From positions 1 to 63,128 of IMG/VR virus record IMGVR_UViG_3300005588_000038: 63,128 nt of DNA. One strand, given 5' to 3'. The translations under genes were made by a program, and so were the position numbers. Source of the DNA: a virus. Lineage: Duplodnaviria; Caudoviricetes. The notes below the pieces were generated by a model. The model was not told the DNA's origin. It was given only the letters and a program-made list of their open reading frames with translations, and searched no databases. This document shows, in pieces, positions 8,684 to 18,072 of the stretch; within the stretch, counting starts at the first letter, position 1; each line of letters begins with the position of its first letter.

Positions 8684-9217
8684 GTGTCAGTTGATAAGTT
8701 GATTCAGATGATCGAATCTGCAATTAAGAGGTGGAAAGATTCTCGAGACAAGATATGCAAGGATGCTGATGAGATTCGAGAACGCCTCGGAGAGGATTTG
8801 ATCCGGGTGCATTGGGAATTCGCCGCCACTGCTCGTCGGTTGTCGTGCTTGAAGCAGGTCTGCACCTGGGGCAACGGAGATGAAGGATTTGTTCCCGCAC
8901 CTGTTGAAAATGCAGCAGATTCGACCAGCACACCGGGTCAGATGGTGCTCGAAGGGTTTGTCGTTGAGTTGGATTTGGATCGGTGTACAGGTAGAATTTC
9001 GATTGATTTTCCTAAGGAGTACGCAGGAGAACAACAGGAATTCGATTTCAATGGTGATGTGGATTTAGTCACGGGTGAGGCTATCAATAATTGGGTTGAG
9101 GAGTTCAAGAAGTCAATCTGCGAAAATCGACGAATTCGATTGATTGGATTTCCTCACCCCGAAGCAAAGAAGAAGTATTTACTACAGGTCTCGTTTGTTC
9201 TGTGTCTATCAGAATAG
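8684..9217 (+). CDS. Hypothetical protein
   Basis: 177 aa ORF in operon. Confidence 0.65.
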   Translation: MSVDKLIQMIESAIKRWKDSRDKICKDADEIRERLGEDLIRVHWEFAATARRLSCLKQVCTWGNGDEGFVPAPVENAADSTSTPGQMVLEGFVVELDLDRCTGRISIDFPKEYAGEQQEFDFNGDVDLVTGEAINNWVEEFKKSICENRRIRLIGFPHPEAKKKYLLQVSFVLCLSE

Positions 9218-9241
9218 GCTGTGGGTACCGAAAGGCAGGAA

Positions 9242-10096
9242 ATGAATTCAGACGTGAAAGTCTTATTAGGTGATTGCCGAGAAATAGTCCCTATGATCGG
9301 GAAGTTCGATTTCGTATTTGCTGATCCACCGTTCAATATCGGGCACGGATATGATGGATACGATGACAATCGGAATGATTACGAAGAATTCACGGCTGAG
9401 TGGATTGAGGTGTGCTGGGATGCATGTGACGGTGTATTGGCATTGCACGGTCCGGATGATGTTGCGGAGCTGTATCTCATCGCAGCTCGAGCACTAGGAA
9501 TGCGACGTATTGCATGGGTGAACTGGCATTATCGTTTTGGGCAGTGCGGGAGATCGAACTGGATCGATGCTCGTTGTCATTGTTTGATTTACGCGAAGCA
9601 CAGTGAGCACAAGTGGAATCCTGAGGAGGTTTTGGTCACGTCGGACAGAGCCTCAACTTACAGAGACAAGAGGATCCACGAAACAGCAAATGGCGGAAAA
9701 CGAGTACCAGGGACTGTTTGGGGTGTGCCGAGTGATGGTCCGTACTGGGGGAGAGTTCAGGGTACCAGCAAAGAAAGAAGAACGCATCATCCAAATCAGC
9801 TGCCTGAGGTGTATCTGGAGAGGTTGATTCGAGCCTATACAGATGAAGGAGATCGAGTGCTTGATCCGTTCGCGGGATCAGGGACAACGGCAACGGTTGC
9901 CAAGGCGTTGAATCGTCGGTGTGTGACGATTGATGTCTCAGAGTCGAACGTGGAGTCAGTGAAAAGGCGAGTCCAAGAAGGAGCAGTTCGGATTCAATCT
10001 TCGGTTGAGGTTTGTGCGCATCCAAGAACAACAGGATTGTTTTTAGGTGGATGCGAGCAAGTAGTAGTGTGCGATGATTGCGGCATGGTAGTTTGA
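9242..10096 (+). CDS. DNA N4-C/N6-A methyltransferase, beta class
   Basis: Catalytic ADPPF near N-terminus, HPNQLP, SAM motif VLDPFAGSGTT; no adjacent endonuclease. Confidence 0.93.
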   Translation: MNSDVKVLLGDCREIVPMIGKFDFVFADPPFNIGHGYDGYDDNRNDYEEFTAEWIEVCWDACDGVLALHGPDDVAELYLIAARALGMRRIAWVNWHYRFGQCGRSNWIDARCHCLIYAKHSEHKWNPEEVLVTSDRASTYRDKRIHETANGGKRVPGTVWGVPSDGPYWGRVQGTSKERRTHHPNQLPEVYLERLIRAYTDEGDRVLDPFAGSGTTATVAKALNRRCVTIDVSESNVESVKRRVQEGAVRIQSSVEVCAHPRTTGLFLGGCEQVVVCDDCGMVV

Positions 10097-10107
10097 TTGC
10101 CGTAGCT

Positions 10108-10332
10108 ATGCCTGAAGTCAGTTGCTACACAATGGATTTATACTGTGATCATCTCAATGATGATCACAGTCACGGCGAGTTTCCAGCGACGTACACAGGA
10201 CGAACCAATACATCGTGCAAGAAGCAGGCTAAGCGAGATGGGTGGAGATGGCATGCGAATGGAATGGTTGCGTGTCCGAAATGCAAGAATAAAAAGCAGC
10301 CAGAGAGTTCTGGTTGGGGGTGTTTTGAGTGA
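10108..10332 (+). CDS. Small Cys/Zn-binding phage protein
   Basis: DLYCD...C.KQAKRDGW...CPKC. Confidence 0.65.
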   Translation: MPEVSCYTMDLYCDHLNDDHSHGEFPATYTGRTNTSCKKQAKRDGWRWHANGMVACPKCKNKKQPESSGWGCFE

Positions 10333-10377
10333 TGGCTGACCATAGGACGGCCCGGTTAGACGAAAGGTGAGAAAGAC

Positions 10378-10626
10378 ATGAGTGGTAAGACTGCTGTAAT
10401 CTGGCACTACGAGGAATCTGTTCGTTTTCTTGTGGTTGAAGACGACTGGAGACGCTTCGACGGACTCTACATCAATACCGATGGTCCTCCTGATCTTGAA
10501 GAGGAGCTTCTTGCTTTGATGTGGGATACCGAACGGAATCAGTTGATCCCTTTCGTAGAGAAAGAGGAGTTCGCTGAAGCCGTTCGGAATGGAGCCTGGC
10601 TGATTGTTGGTGGCTTCTCTCTTTGA
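10378..10626 (+). CDS. Hypothetical protein
   Basis: AAGGTGAG RBS. Confidence 0.65.
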   Translation: MSGKTAVIWHYEESVRFLVVEDDWRRFDGLYINTDGPPDLEEELLALMWDTERNQLIPFVEKEEFAEAVRNGAWLIVGGFSL

Positions 10627-10681
10627 TGAATTGAAGAATGGACTTGAACATCTTAGGCGGTGCCTGTAGTCTGCCGAAACT

Positions 10682-11569
10682 ATGAGTCCAGAAAATCAAC
10701 TACCTCCGGATCGTAGCGACGATGAGTATAGCCGAAAATCCATCGAAGTCGCTGGTGTCAAAATCCCTTACATTGAATTCTTGAATCGCCTCGAAGCGAA
10801 ATTACTTCGAGGTGTGACTAATCAGAATCAATTGTCAGCGGCATTTCAAGTAAAACAGCCTCATATCAGCACGGCTATCAAAGACATTCGCGCCCGGTGG
10901 CGAGAGAGGACTGAAGAATCTCTCGAAGATATGAGGATGAATCGAATCCACCAGATCGAAAATATCGCTCTGTTGGCTTTGAATTCGTACGAAGCATCTA
11001 GAGATATCAAGACGGAGCACACTGTTGTTGAGAAGGTTTGCTCTGTGTGTGATGGATTGGGAACGGATGAAGATAAGCCCGGTGAAGTCGAGAAGTGCCG
11101 GCGGTGCGACGGATCTGGAGTAGAAGTCCAGTCTACAATGAAGAAAACTGGACAGGCTGGAGATGCTTCGCACCTCCGTCTGGCAAAAGAATGTTTTGTT
11201 GAAGCTGCTAAGATCGAAGGTTCGATTCCTCTGAGTAGTGGAGCTGGAAAGCTGACGATGCTCCGTACGGGTGTCGGGGTCGAAGATAACGGAGAGCTCA
11301 AAAGGTCAGTAGAAGGCTACCATCTTGAAGCTCCAGTGGATCAGTTGATGGCTGCGATGAGCGTCCTCGATGATTTGAAGAATGGAGTGAAGGTGGGTAG
11401 TCAGCAGTATTTGGCAGCTCACACCGAACGACAGAGACAAGGCAAGAAGAAAGCGAAGGAAGTCGATAGTAAGGCGGAGAAGCCGAAGAAATCAAAAAAG
11501 CCGAAAAACAGTGTAGATGAAGCATCTCCGGGTGAATGGGATTTTGGCGAAGAAGAAAGCAGCGAATGA
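10682..11569 (+). CDS. Putative terminase small subunit (HTH + DnaJ-type Zn finger)
   Basis: HTH NQNQLSAAFQVKQPHISTAIKDIRARW; CSVCDGLG and CRRCDGSG; upstream of TerL. Confidence 0.65.
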   Translation: MSPENQLPPDRSDDEYSRKSIEVAGVKIPYIEFLNRLEAKLLRGVTNQNQLSAAFQVKQPHISTAIKDIRARWRERTEESLEDMRMNRIHQIENIALLALNSYEASRDIKTEHTVVEKVCSVCDGLGTDEDKPGEVEKCRRCDGSGVEVQSTMKKTGQAGDASHLRLAKECFVEAAKIEGSIPLSSGAGKLTMLRTGVGVEDNGELKRSVEGYHLEAPVDQLMAAMSVLDDLKNGVKVGSQQYLAAHTERQRQGKKKAKEVDSKAEKPKKSKKPKNSVDEASPGEWDFGEEESSE

Positions 11570-12504
11570 GAGTTTTGGTGACAGGGGCGGCGGGATTTAT
11601 CGGGAGTCACTTAGTTGACTCCTTGCTTCGTGATGGACATACTGTGATTGGATGGGACGATTTCAGTAGCGGAAGTATCAAGAAGGTTTCGCACATCCAA
11701 GGGGTCCATCCAAATTTCCATTTGGTAGATCTTGACGTTACACAGAAGAAGAGAATCCAAGAATTCACTGAACACGTTCTATCGGGTTCGATTGATTGGA
11801 TCTACCATTTAGCAGCAGTGAGCAGGATCCAGCCGTCCATCAAAGATCCAGACAGAACCTGGGAAGTGAATGTAGATGGAACCAAGAATGTATTGGATTT
11901 TGCTGCTGCTGTGCGATCTAAGGTAGTCTTTGCATCAACCAGTGCATTGCAAGCTGATTGGCAGCTCAACCCCTATGCAGGTACCAAGTACCTGGCAGAG
12001 CACTTGTGCCGTTGGTACCACCAGCGAGGACGGGTTTGGACTGCTGTGTTTCGATTGTTTAACGTGTACGGACCACGACAAATTGAGGACGGTCCATATT
12101 CTACGGTGATGGGGTGCTGGGAGAAAACTTTACGAGATGGGTGCTCAGGTATCTTGGTGACCGGCGACGGCAGTCAGGTCCGAGATTTCGTTCATGTTGA
12201 CGATGTTGTCAGAATTATGCGGAAGGCTGAGAGCACGAATTTTCAAGTGTATCACAGTGATTCGGAATTAACTGAAGATTGGTATGATGTAGGGACGGAA
12301 ATCGGTTGGTCGATTTCTGCTCTAGCTGAGATGTACCAAGCACAGACTATTGGAACAGGCATACGGCCTGGAGAAGCTCGCAAGACGGTCGCGTGTGTGG
12401 ATTGGTTAGAGAAGATGGGTATCAGTGATCGGTGCGGACGGCGTGTAGAGGATCACATTTCAGAATTCCTGAAGCAGCAATCGATTCAAGGGTGCAAAGA
12501 ATGA
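11566..12504 (+). CDS. NAD-dependent nucleotide-sugar epimerase/dehydratase (extended SDR)
   Basis: VTGAAGFIGSHL, HLAA, YAGTK (YxxxK), RLFNVYGP, GDGSQVRDFVHV. Confidence 0.95.
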   Translation: MRVLVTGAAGFIGSHLVDSLLRDGHTVIGWDDFSSGSIKKVSHIQGVHPNFHLVDLDVTQKKRIQEFTEHVLSGSIDWIYHLAAVSRIQPSIKDPDRTWEVNVDGTKNVLDFAAAVRSKVVFASTSALQADWQLNPYAGTKYLAEHLCRWYHQRGRVWTAVFRLFNVYGPRQIEDGPYSTVMGCWEKTLRDGCSGILVTGDGSQVRDFVHVDDVVRIMRKAESTNFQVYHSDSELTEDWYDVGTEIGWSISALAEMYQAQTIGTGIRPGEARKTVACVDWLEKMGISDRCGRRVEDHISEFLKQQSIQGCKE

Positions 12505-14177
12505 CTGATCGTGAAGATGTGCTGGGAGTCGATCTTCCGAATCCAGGATTAGGTGATATTCGAGGCACAGGGAAACGGATGCAGTACAACAGAGATCTCG
12601 TGGCAAAAGAGCGCGCAATCCAATTGGCGTATCAGAAGCGGAGTGCTGACGATTTCTTGTGCTTTGTCCGGGGCTTGACTATTGATTCTCAAGGCGGACC
12701 TCGAATCTTTGACAGGTGCATGGCGGATTACCAGAGGAGTTTTTTCGAAGAATTGGCCCCGAGTGTTGAGGCTCTGAGGAAAGGCGATAAACCGGAATGG
12801 AGAAGATTCTGGGTCGAAAGGACCAAGAAAGCCGGAAAAGACTCTGACTTGGCTGTCGTTGTGCTTTGGTTGTTGGCATTTCCTATCAGGCCCTTTTATA
12901 TTCAGATTGGAGCGGCTAACAAAGAACAAGCAGCCATTGTCAAAGCGCGTATCAACCATCTTTTGCACCACAACAAATGGCTCAACGAAAGAGTTACGGT
13001 TGTGCAGTGGTCGGCTCGAAGTGCGGAAGAAATGGCTGATGGATCTCCGATGGCAAACCTGCACATCATGTCATCCGACATTGCCGGTGCTCACGGAGGT
13101 ACTCCTGACCTTCTGGTGATCAACGAATTGAGCCACGTGAATCGCTGGGAGTTTGCTGAAAACCTGATGGACAATGCCGACGGTGTGGCCCAGGGTGTGG
13201 TCATCATCGCAACCAATGCAGGTTACACAGGCTCTAAGGCTGAGGTTTGGCGAAAGAATGCCATGGAGTCTGACGTCTGGCGAGTGTTTGTCTGGGCTCG
13301 CCCTGCTCCATGGCACGATAAATCTACAATCGAGGATGCGAAGAAGAGAAACCCAAGAAGTAGGTATCTTCGGCTCTGGTGGGGTGTGTGGGTATCTGGG
13401 AAAGGCGATGCAGTGGCCCAAGAGGTCATCGAATCGTGTTTTTCTCTAGAAGGCCCGGCTTTGCCGGATTCTGAGATGACTTATATTGCAGGACTCGACT
13501 TAGGAGTCAGCCATGACCATGCTGGATTCGCAGTGCTCGGGGTGCACTATGCCAAGCAGCAGATCATCACCGCCTATTGGAAGAGATGGAAACCAAAGGC
13601 TAAGACCGGGGAAGTGGATCTGATTGATGTCGAGAGAGAGTGCCGAGACATCCACAAAACTTATCGATTGATGGGTCTATTTTTCGATCCGCACCAGGCA
13701 GCGTTGATGGCTCAGCGGCTTCGTCGAAAAGGCGTACCGATGCGAAAAATGTCCTTCGCATCTCCAGCCAATCTGATCAAGATGGCAACGGCGTTTGTGC
13801 AGGTCATCAGTGACGGCAGATTCCACTGCTATGATGATGAAGAAGAAACTCTCAAGAATGATTTTGGGAAGTTTGATATTGAAGAAAAAACCAGTGGACA
13901 GAAGCTGGTCGCCACCAGTGACCAAACCGGGCATGCTGATGTCGGAACAGCAGTCGCTATCGCCTTGCCAGCGGCTCTCGAATTGCTCGAAGGTTACCAA
14001 TCTCAGTTATCACCAGATGACGATATCATTGTAGACGACGGCACTGCAGACGATTTGACGGAAGAAGAAATGGATGCAATGCCTGACGAACTTCGAGAAA
14101 TTTGCGATTCAGATGAAAGTGAGGAAGCTTCGTCGTTGAGTGACCTCGGTGACAGTTGGAGTACGGCATTTGATTAG
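12501..14177 (+). CDS. Terminase large subunit
   Basis: Walker A-like RTKKAGKD, AANKEQA, Walker B-like LLVINE, ATNAG, RNase H-like AGLDLGVSHD, FDPHQ, GHAD. Confidence 0.9.
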   Translation: MTDREDVLGVDLPNPGLGDIRGTGKRMQYNRDLVAKERAIQLAYQKRSADDFLCFVRGLTIDSQGGPRIFDRCMADYQRSFFEELAPSVEALRKGDKPEWRRFWVERTKKAGKDSDLAVVVLWLLAFPIRPFYIQIGAANKEQAAIVKARINHLLHHNKWLNERVTVVQWSARSAEEMADGSPMANLHIMSSDIAGAHGGTPDLLVINELSHVNRWEFAENLMDNADGVAQGVVIIATNAGYTGSKAEVWRKNAMESDVWRVFVWARPAPWHDKSTIEDAKKRNPRSRYLRLWWGVWVSGKGDAVAQEVIESCFSLEGPALPDSEMTYIAGLDLGVSHDHAGFAVLGVHYAKQQIITAYWKRWKPKAKTGEVDLIDVERECRDIHKTYRLMGLFFDPHQAALMAQRLRRKGVPMRKMSFASPANLIKMATAFVQVISDGRFHCYDDEEETLKNDFGKFDIEEKTSGQKLVATSDQTGHADVGTAVAIALPAALELLEGYQSQLSPDDDIIVDDGTADDLTEEEMDAMPDELREICDSDESEEASSLSDLGDSWSTAFD

Positions 14178-14291
14178 AATCTAAAGAATTCAGCGACCAT
14201 CTGTCTTGTTATTCTTTGTGAGCAGGTTAAGATGGTGCGCATGCTTCGTGGCTGGTCAGGTTTTGTGTTTCTCATTCCGAGGAGTAAGTCG

Positions 14292-15032
14292 ATGCGGTTT
14301 CGAGCGTTTGAAAATTGCAAGATTTTCGTTTGGGCGGCGGTGCTGGGGATACTTTTGAATGCCCCGATGCATGCGGCAGGTGACGTGACTCTTGTCATCA
14401 ACAGGCATGGTGGTTTTCTTGTTGATACGGCGACAAATCCGCCGACTGTTACACCGGTGCCGGCAGACAGATTGGTTATTGACTCTGAAGTCGGTGTGCC
14501 TAATCCGCCGCCGAAAGATCCGGATGATCCGAATCCAAAGCCGCCGACTGATGCGGTCACTCAGAAGATTGTCGACGCATCCAAGCTCCATCTGAAATCC
14601 GAAAAAGAAGCTCGATCACTGATGGCAACGATTGATCTACTTCGTGATTTGATGGAGAAAGGCAGCCTGAAGGCAGAGCAGGTAGACGCTGCTCTTAAAG
14701 TCAGTCTTCCCGTGATTGCTGCACAACTCAACGCAGGCAGTCGTATCAACGATTGGTATGCAGCAGTCAAAGAAGCAGTGGGCGGTGCTCTCAATACTGC
14801 GGCGATGAAAAAAGTGACTTCAGCTCTTGCATTTGCCTGGAAAATTGATGCTGCTCGTGCTCAACTTCAGATCAAGGCCGCAATTTCAAAAATTGCAGGC
14901 GGCGAAACTGTCGGTGATGCAGCTGAAGCTGTGACAGGAACTGCAGAAGAAGCCTTTGACATCGGTACAATTCTGATGATCATCCAAGCGATTCTGGAAC
15001 TTCTCAAATCCATCGGAATCATCGGAGGTTGA
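14292..15032 (+). CDS. Exported/membrane protein with Pro-rich linker and hydrophobic C-terminus
   Basis: Signal-peptide-like N-terminus, PNPPPKDPDDPNPKPP, C-terminal IGTILMIIQAILELLKSIGIIGG; GAGGAG RBS. Confidence 0.7.
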   Translation: MRFRAFENCKIFVWAAVLGILLNAPMHAAGDVTLVINRHGGFLVDTATNPPTVTPVPADRLVIDSEVGVPNPPPKDPDDPNPKPPTDAVTQKIVDASKLHLKSEKEARSLMATIDLLRDLMEKGSLKAEQVDAALKVSLPVIAAQLNAGSRINDWYAAVKEAVGGALNTAAMKKVTSALAFAWKIDAARAQLQIKAAISKIAGGETVGDAAEAVTGTAEEAFDIGTILMIIQAILELLKSIGIIGG

Positions 15033-15033
15033 G

Positions 15034-16092
15034 ATGACACCAGTTGAGCAAAAAGTAATCCAAAGAGCATGGGATACCGGTCATTTTTGGTCCCAAGAAG
15101 CCCTCAAGGAAGGGGGTGTGCTGTCACTTTCTGATTTGAAGAAAGTCAAAGTGACAGATCCGGTTGTAGTAGCTGCTCTGCGGTCTCTGTCGCAGTCTGA
15201 ATCAGTGGTGTACTCGTCTGCTTGCGAGCATATCTACGGCAGGCAGCCGGTGTTTGATGGTGCTGTGGGACCAGCAATGGCTGCAATGGTGCAGGTCCCT
15301 AGGTGCTATGTACCAGACGTGCCGCCGCCGCCAAATGCTGCTGTTGATTATTCTGATCCAGATATCAACACTGTTGCTCGGATGATGCAGGACGATTCAA
15401 TCCGGCAAGCAACCGGCAGCGGAAATTGGGCTCATTGCCACGGAGTAGGAGATTACCACTCGGCTGTTGTTCGGGTAAAAACCAGCGGAACACCGTCTTT
15501 TCTCAAACCGGTATTCTCTGATGTACTCAAAAGAGTGCAAAAGGGATACGCAGGGATTGGATTGCTGTTTCATTTCATTGATGAGAATAAAACTGATCTG
15601 TTGACAGGCGAAGAATGGAGCGGAGCCGTCAACATCGAGTTCAGTTTCGTGAGTTCGTCTTCTGGTTGGATTGGTCTTGCGATTGTCGGGAATGGGCAAG
15701 GGTGCACATCTAACATCTGGTGTCGGTATTTGTCTACCTACAGAGGCGGCAGTTCGGCTGATTCGATTGCTCGGCAGTGGACGTCACTGATTGCGCACGA
15801 GCTAGGCCACAATTGCGGTCTGGATCATTCTCGCGGCGGTGTGATGAATTCGTCGATTGTCAACAATCTGCCGGATCCGTGGGTAGATAGTGATCCATCG
15901 ACTCGAATTCTGAAGTCGTGGTACGGCGGTGAGCCAGTACCGATGGATAAACCAGAACCGCCAGCTCCTCCAAAGCCTGATCGAATTGATGAATTGGAAA
16001 AAAGAGTCGATCAGGTTGAAGCCAAGCTGCTTGCTCAGCTTGGGGTCAATCAGTATCTCTTGAGTCGAATCTCAGATTTGGAGAATTCATAG
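15034..16092 (+). CDS. Matrixin/MMP-like (M10) zinc metallopeptidase with cysteine-switch-like motif
   Basis: HELGHNCGLDH (HExxHxxGxxH), Met-turn GGVMNS, PRCYVPD, DGAVGP resembling a PG-binding-type prodomain. Confidence 0.85.
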   Translation: MTPVEQKVIQRAWDTGHFWSQEALKEGGVLSLSDLKKVKVTDPVVVAALRSLSQSESVVYSSACEHIYGRQPVFDGAVGPAMAAMVQVPRCYVPDVPPPPNAAVDYSDPDINTVARMMQDDSIRQATGSGNWAHCHGVGDYHSAVVRVKTSGTPSFLKPVFSDVLKRVQKGYAGIGLLFHFIDENKTDLLTGEEWSGAVNIEFSFVSSSSGWIGLAIVGNGQGCTSNIWCRYLSTYRGGSSADSIARQWTSLIAHELGHNCGLDHSRGGVMNSSIVNNLPDPWVDSDPSTRILKSWYGGEPVPMDKPEPPAPPKPDRIDELEKRVDQVEAKLLAQLGVNQYLLSRISDLENS

Positions 16093-17015
16093 TGACTCGT
16101 CTGCTCTTTGGGTTCGTTTTTCTCTTGACGCAACCTTGTACTGCTCAGCTTTTGAATCTGAGTGGTAAGGGAGTTGCTTTTGATTTGAAGTCGCCTGCGG
16201 CAGAAAAACCCGACATCAAGGTCGAAGATGAAGAAACTGACTCGAGCAAATCACCGAAGCGTACTGAAACGGAATCGAAGAAATCTAAGGCGGCTAGTTC
16301 GGAAGAAAGTAGCAAAACTTCTATCTGCCAGTGCCGAGGCTCGAATCGAGGCGTCTGCTTCTGCTTGAAGGCAGGAGTCAAGTGCGGCTGCAATGCGACC
16401 AAGGGGAGTGAATGGTCACTTGACCCTTTAAAGAAAACGGGCAGGTACTTTAACCCAAACGAAGCACTTAAATCATTCCGAAAGAAAACTGAGACGGAGC
16501 CGGTGAGCTACCCGGTTACAGTCGACGCCTATGATCGACTTGCTTGGCAAGTCGGCGAGGCTGTCTGGACACTTGATGCCGGCTACCGGATGGCGAATGG
16601 CCAGAAGGACGGTACAGGTCGTTGGTTGTACAAAGACGGACGAATGTTTGATCTGTCAGCAAAGAGAGTTTCTCAGGTTACGAGAACGCTGTCAGCGGTA
16701 AAGGGTCCGCCGGAACTGCCTTCGACTCGCCGAGCTATCTACTTTGGTGCAACGTGGTGCCCTGGATGTGTCTGGATGTACCGAAATACGCTTCCTGACC
16801 TTCAGGAGTACGGCTGGCGATTTGGTGAAGGAGACAACCTTCATATCCAAATTGTCGACGCTGATGACGACACATTCGGTTTGATGCAGAAACATGGAAT
16901 CACCGGGCTGCCGACGACCCTAATCTTGGAAGGCAGTCGTGTGATCGATCGCACTGTCGGACCAATCAGCGCCGACCAGTTCCGTAAAGCTTTCTACCAG
17001 GAGACCGTGCCGTGA
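16092..17015 (+). CDS. Exported Cys-rich protein with C-terminal thioredoxin domain
   Basis: Signal peptide; CQC...CFC...CGC cluster; FGATWCPGC, GITGLPTTLIL. Confidence 0.85.
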   Translation: MTRLLFGFVFLLTQPCTAQLLNLSGKGVAFDLKSPAAEKPDIKVEDEETDSSKSPKRTETESKKSKAASSEESSKTSICQCRGSNRGVCFCLKAGVKCGCNATKGSEWSLDPLKKTGRYFNPNEALKSFRKKTETEPVSYPVTVDAYDRLAWQVGEAVWTLDAGYRMANGQKDGTGRWLYKDGRMFDLSAKRVSQVTRTLSAVKGPPELPSTRRAIYFGATWCPGCVWMYRNTLPDLQEYGWRFGEGDNLHIQIVDADDDTFGLMQKHGITGLPTTLILEGSRVIDRTVGPISADQFRKAFYQETVP

Positions 17016-17305
17016 AACTTATTCGTTTGATTTTGGTGATTCAGATTTTGATGTGCTGTGCTGAGGTGTTTTCGCAGGACTACATTCGGATTGACCCGAT
17101 TCCTTCGAGTCGACCGCTGTACTCATGGGAGCTGCCGTACCAATCCCCGCAGAGTTCTGTCTGGCGGCGATATCAGAAGCCGACTTACGAGAGTCGTTGG
17201 TCTTACGGCTGGACACCGTACGGACGAGGATGGACACAAACGTCCATCTATGACTTGCCTACGACATATCGGCGATGCAGTTGTTGGCAATGTCGGCGCC
17301 GCTAA
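17012..17305 (+). CDS. Small exported Tyr/Trp-rich protein with C-terminal CSCWQC
   Basis: Signal peptide, AGGAG RBS, GTGA overlap. Confidence 0.6.
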   Translation: MKLIRLILVIQILMCCAEVFSQDYIRIDPIPSSRPLYSWELPYQSPQSSVWRRYQKPTYESRWSYGWTPYGRGWTQTSIYDLPTTYRRCSCWQCRRR

Positions 17306-17462
17306 TTGGCGGGCGGCTGCTGTTGGTGTCGCAGCAGCCGTCGTTAGAATCAAATGTCCGTGCATTGATGGCAAGGTTTGACGGCCAGCAAACCATCTTG
17401 TATTGAGTAAAGGCTACCTGGCGGAATCAAATGAAAATAGCCCACTCTTTGGATTTCGATCA

Positions 17463-18050
17463 ATGCCGAGTCCCCCGGAATCGACAAACGGTTGGTTGGA
17501 CTTGGTCCTCAAGTCTCTGGCTGTTTTCGGCGCTATTGGCGGGTGTATCGCTGCATTCTGGACTCGATTGGCGAGTGCGGTGCTGGCTGCTCGTGCCGCT
17601 CATAGTCTTGCTGGGGTATTCGGTGAAGAGGCAGGCCCAGAAATACAGAGGTTGTTTGCGATCATCGCCCGGTCTGACGGAGAGCAGCAACTCCGACAAC
17701 GAGTCGTCGAATCACATCTCAAAATCGGAGTGTACGAGTGTGATTTATCAGGGAAATGCATCTGGTGCAATCCCTACCTCGCCGAATTGTTCGGGCTCGA
17801 CTCGGAACGAATGCGAGGATACGGGTGGTTGTCAGCTATCGTCCCAGATGAACGAATTGATGTCCAAAAAAGGTGGAGGATCAGCGTTGATCAGGGAATC
17901 CCGTATGACGACACGTATACGATTGAAAACCAGAGAACGATGAAGAGAGTTCGGTGCAGGTCTCGAGCTGATTTAGTCAAGGCCGATTCAGAACCTCTCT
18001 GTTATGTCGGATGGGTGAAGGTTGTACCGATTCCTGAAAATAAAGAATAA
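17463..18050 (+). CDS. Membrane-anchored PAS-domain protein
   Basis: TM LAVFGAIGGCIAAFW; GVYECDLSGKCIWCNPYLAELFG...MRGYGWLSAIVPDER...W...YVG is a PAS signature; no output domain. Confidence 0.85.
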   Translation: MPSPPESTNGWLDLVLKSLAVFGAIGGCIAAFWTRLASAVLAARAAHSLAGVFGEEAGPEIQRLFAIIARSDGEQQLRQRVVESHLKIGVYECDLSGKCIWCNPYLAELFGLDSERMRGYGWLSAIVPDERIDVQKRWRISVDQGIPYDDTYTIENQRTMKRVRCRSRADLVKADSEPLCYVGWVKVVPIPENKE

Positions 18051-18072
18051 CGAATGCAACGGAGAAGAAGTG

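Noticed and set aside
9242-10096. Complete restriction-modification system
   Set aside because: No neighbouring endonuclease recognised; orphan phage MTase
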